64,000 bases of DNA, from assembly GCA_965113315.1 (NCBI GenBank), contig OZ220365.1; one strand, written 5' to 3'. Shown in pieces: positions 61,386 through 64,000 of the stretch. Under the pieces are notes generated by a model that was not told the origin of the DNA, did no database searches, and worked only from the letters and a program-made list of their open reading frames with translations. The first letter of the stretch is position 1; each line of letters begins with the position of its first letter. Position numbers and translations under genes: made by a program. The DNA is from Podarcis vaucheri. Its lineage: Eukaryota.

Positions 61386-63783
61386 TACTAGCCTGCTTCT
61401 CTTTCATTTTTCAACGTGTCTCTATTAGTAGCTTGCACTTCCATGATTCCCACAAGGGGGGAGTCTCCTTCTCAATGGGCAGAATGGAAATACAGGCTGA
61501 GAGGGTGGAAAGCCTTCCACTAAGCAGACTGGTGCAAGAAGGATCGGCTCTCTGCTGGCCCACAGTATTTCCATGCTACTTGTGAAGGAAGAGGTTGCCT
61601 CCAAACGGGCAGAATTTTGTGGGACGCATTCAGGCACATACCGGAAATTAAGAATTGCACAATGAAAGTGTATCAAAGCACTCTGTCACCCTGCTACAAC
61701 ACATATACTTTATAAAAAACTAGGACTCTCCACAGGTAGGGAGATGACAGGGAAATGCACTGAAAAGTATGGGATGAATGATTAACAAGGCAACATACAA
61801 CCACTGCGCAAGCAAATCAGGATAAACTCAGGATGCACAACTTTCTTTTCAGGACTAAGGCATTTATTCCCACAAGAACTTGAAGGAGAATTAGCTTTAA
61901 AAATGCATTAATAGTGTGCCTATCAGTGCATTTGCCAGCAAACGAAAGCAGGTTCATATGCTGAAGATCAAGCGAGCTTTTGGGGAGAAATTGATGTTTC
62001 AAAAAAATTGACATTCAAGGAATATATGCTGAATTGAAACAACATTGAGATATACTGCTGTGCCTACTGGGAAAGCCCTGCACACTGCAAAGGATCAGTG
62101 AAATAAATACTGAGCTGACTGACAAGCCCTTTTATATAGTTTCTCTTACTACCCTGACTAAAGGCATTCTACCGTTAATGTGCTCATGAGTAAGACATCT
62201 CCTTCAGGATGAGCTAGAGTCGAACTGCCTCTCACAGAGTGCCTTGCACTGGAGAGTTCTTAGAATTGTGGAGTGACTGCACAACACAGAAAAGAGGGGG
62301 CATTACAAACATTCACTTGAAAGCAAACAGGCTATTCAACTGTCAGGCAAGCACAATGTATATAATTTGGAGAAAGGTTTTTTTGTTGTTTTGTTTTTTA
62401 GTCACTACTTGAGATTTCTACAGTAATTAAGAGCTGGATCGCTTGTTCTAACACATCACTTTGTCACCGCTGATTAATGCTTGTACTTTTCAAAGTGAAA
62501 ATCTACCTGGCAGCATGCTATTTATTTCAGGTGGGTACAATCCTTAACCAAGCCATGAAAACTTTTGGCTTGCAAGTTCTTGATGGATGAATTTGGCCAT
62601 GCATGAAATATTAGTCTGAGCATGTTAAGTGATCTGGCCTCCCCACAGTTCTTGCTATACAGCCATCAATTAAGATTTTGAAGAACAGGGTAAAATCACT
62701 AAACAAGATCTTTGTGTGATGAATTGTCAAGGTGGTTCGCCATCTTGTCAGGCTGGTCTGTCAGTTCACTGAAACATATTCAGGAACTGACAAAAAAAAA
62801 TAAGGCAACTTTACACCAGAGAGGTCATATTATACAGATTGTTTTCCCACACAGCCTTGTGAATTGGAGCCACCTGTAAAAGTCATACCATAATTGCTGA
62901 GGTATGGATCATAATGCAGTTGCTGCTGCCATATACAGCAATCATAGCCCACGAAAGCTGGGTAAGGAGGTAGCAAGTCCTAGGAGGCCACCTAGCCTAA
63001 CATGAAGGAGAGTTCATTACTAAAGCAATGTTACCGGCCATAGCTTCTGTCCCTACAGGAGAGATTTAATTCTAAAGAAATCCAGGCAGCAAACAAGCAT
63101 TCCCAGTGGGGACTGAACACATTCTTCCCAAGTGGTGGGTTTAAGAAGGGATTAAAATTTAGCAGCATACTGCAAAGATAGCTGTTGTGCTCATGGGTAA
63201 TTCAAATAACCCTGCATCATCAACCCCGCTTGAAATGGGGCTGGCCCAAATGATGATATTGTGTCTCCTGTAGCACTTAGGAAAAGGAAAAGTAAGTTTG
63301 GGCATGAACCTGTGACACGCAGGCCCACAAACATGTACATAACTTGCATTGTGGGAAGGGATGTGTGCATAAGAAAAGGGTTGAGGCCCTGTGTGGACAT
63401 TTCACTTTGATGTAATTAGACAAGGATGCAGAAGGTGAAGAGAAAAATATGATTAGGACGATGACACAGAAGGCACCAATGGCGTCCTCCCCATTAAGAG
63501 AATACTAACAAAACCTTGGGAAATAGGGGGAAGGCGGGGGGAAATAAAGCCTGCTGGGGCTATTTTTAGAAGGCATGGAAACTAGATGCCTCACTTGGCC
63601 AAGTGATGGAAACTGAAGGTCAGTGAACTTCTGTTTTTCCTCAGGCTATCACAGAGCTGTATTTGTGGTAAGGATTAAAATGAACACATACAGGGCCAGC
63701 TTGAAGCATTCTTAATTCATGTGCGCTCACATGAAAAACACAAACAGACCCTTAATGCAGGCTATGACTAGCCAATAAGTATA

Positions 63784-64000
63784 CAGTGGTACCTCGGGTT
63801 AAGTACTTAAGTTGTTCCGGAGGTCCGTTCTTAACCTGAAACTGTTCTTAATCTGAAGCACCACTTTAGCTAATGGGGCCTCCCGCTGCCGCCGTGCCGC
63901 CGGAGCACAATTTCTGTTCTCATCCTGAAGCAAAGTTCTTAACCCAAGGTACTATTTCTGGGTTAGCAGAGTCTGTAACCTGAAGCATCTGTAACCTGAA
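63784..64000. mobile_element. Tigger-like MITE, same family as 24235-24460, cut by the window edge
   Basis: TA+CAGTGGTACCTCGGGTTA; body nearly identical to the 24235 copy. Confidence 0.9.

Noticed and set aside
61425-63400. ORFs 61425-61676 and 63191-63400 (-) as the CLIP4 start-codon exon
   Set aside because: No resemblance to the CLIP4 N-terminus (MTIEDLPDFP...SAAPMPSDC as recalled); treated as chance ORFs in intron 2.

Overview
Vertebrate nuclear DNA, almost certainly from a squamate and probably a lacertid lizard. That call rests on the repeat content: Sauria SINE, Squam3-type SINE, BovB, and squamate-type L2/CR1/MITEs. The window holds two convergent, tail-to-tail genes in the same arrangement as in mammals. 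On the + strand are the last ten exons of ALK (human-numbered exons 20-29: juxtamembrane region, complete tyrosine kinase domain and C-terminal tail; 4597-28619). On the - strand are exons 3-16 of CLIP4 (ankyrin repeats plus three CAP-Gly domains; 59400-36011). All 24 exons have canonical AG/GT boundaries and join in frame. The introns are full of LINE, SINE and MITE insertions, several of them nested. The most notable observation is an apparent +1 frameshift near the end of ALK exon 29. It moves the ancestral C-terminal 22 residues out of frame. In that abandoned frame, both the Y1604-equivalent PLC-gamma docking tyrosine and the ancestral stop codon are also mutated. I see no evidence of a wholly new biological system. 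Most listed ORFs are spurious or transposon-derived. Comparisons with human sequences and repeat consensus sequences are from memory and need to be checked by alignment.
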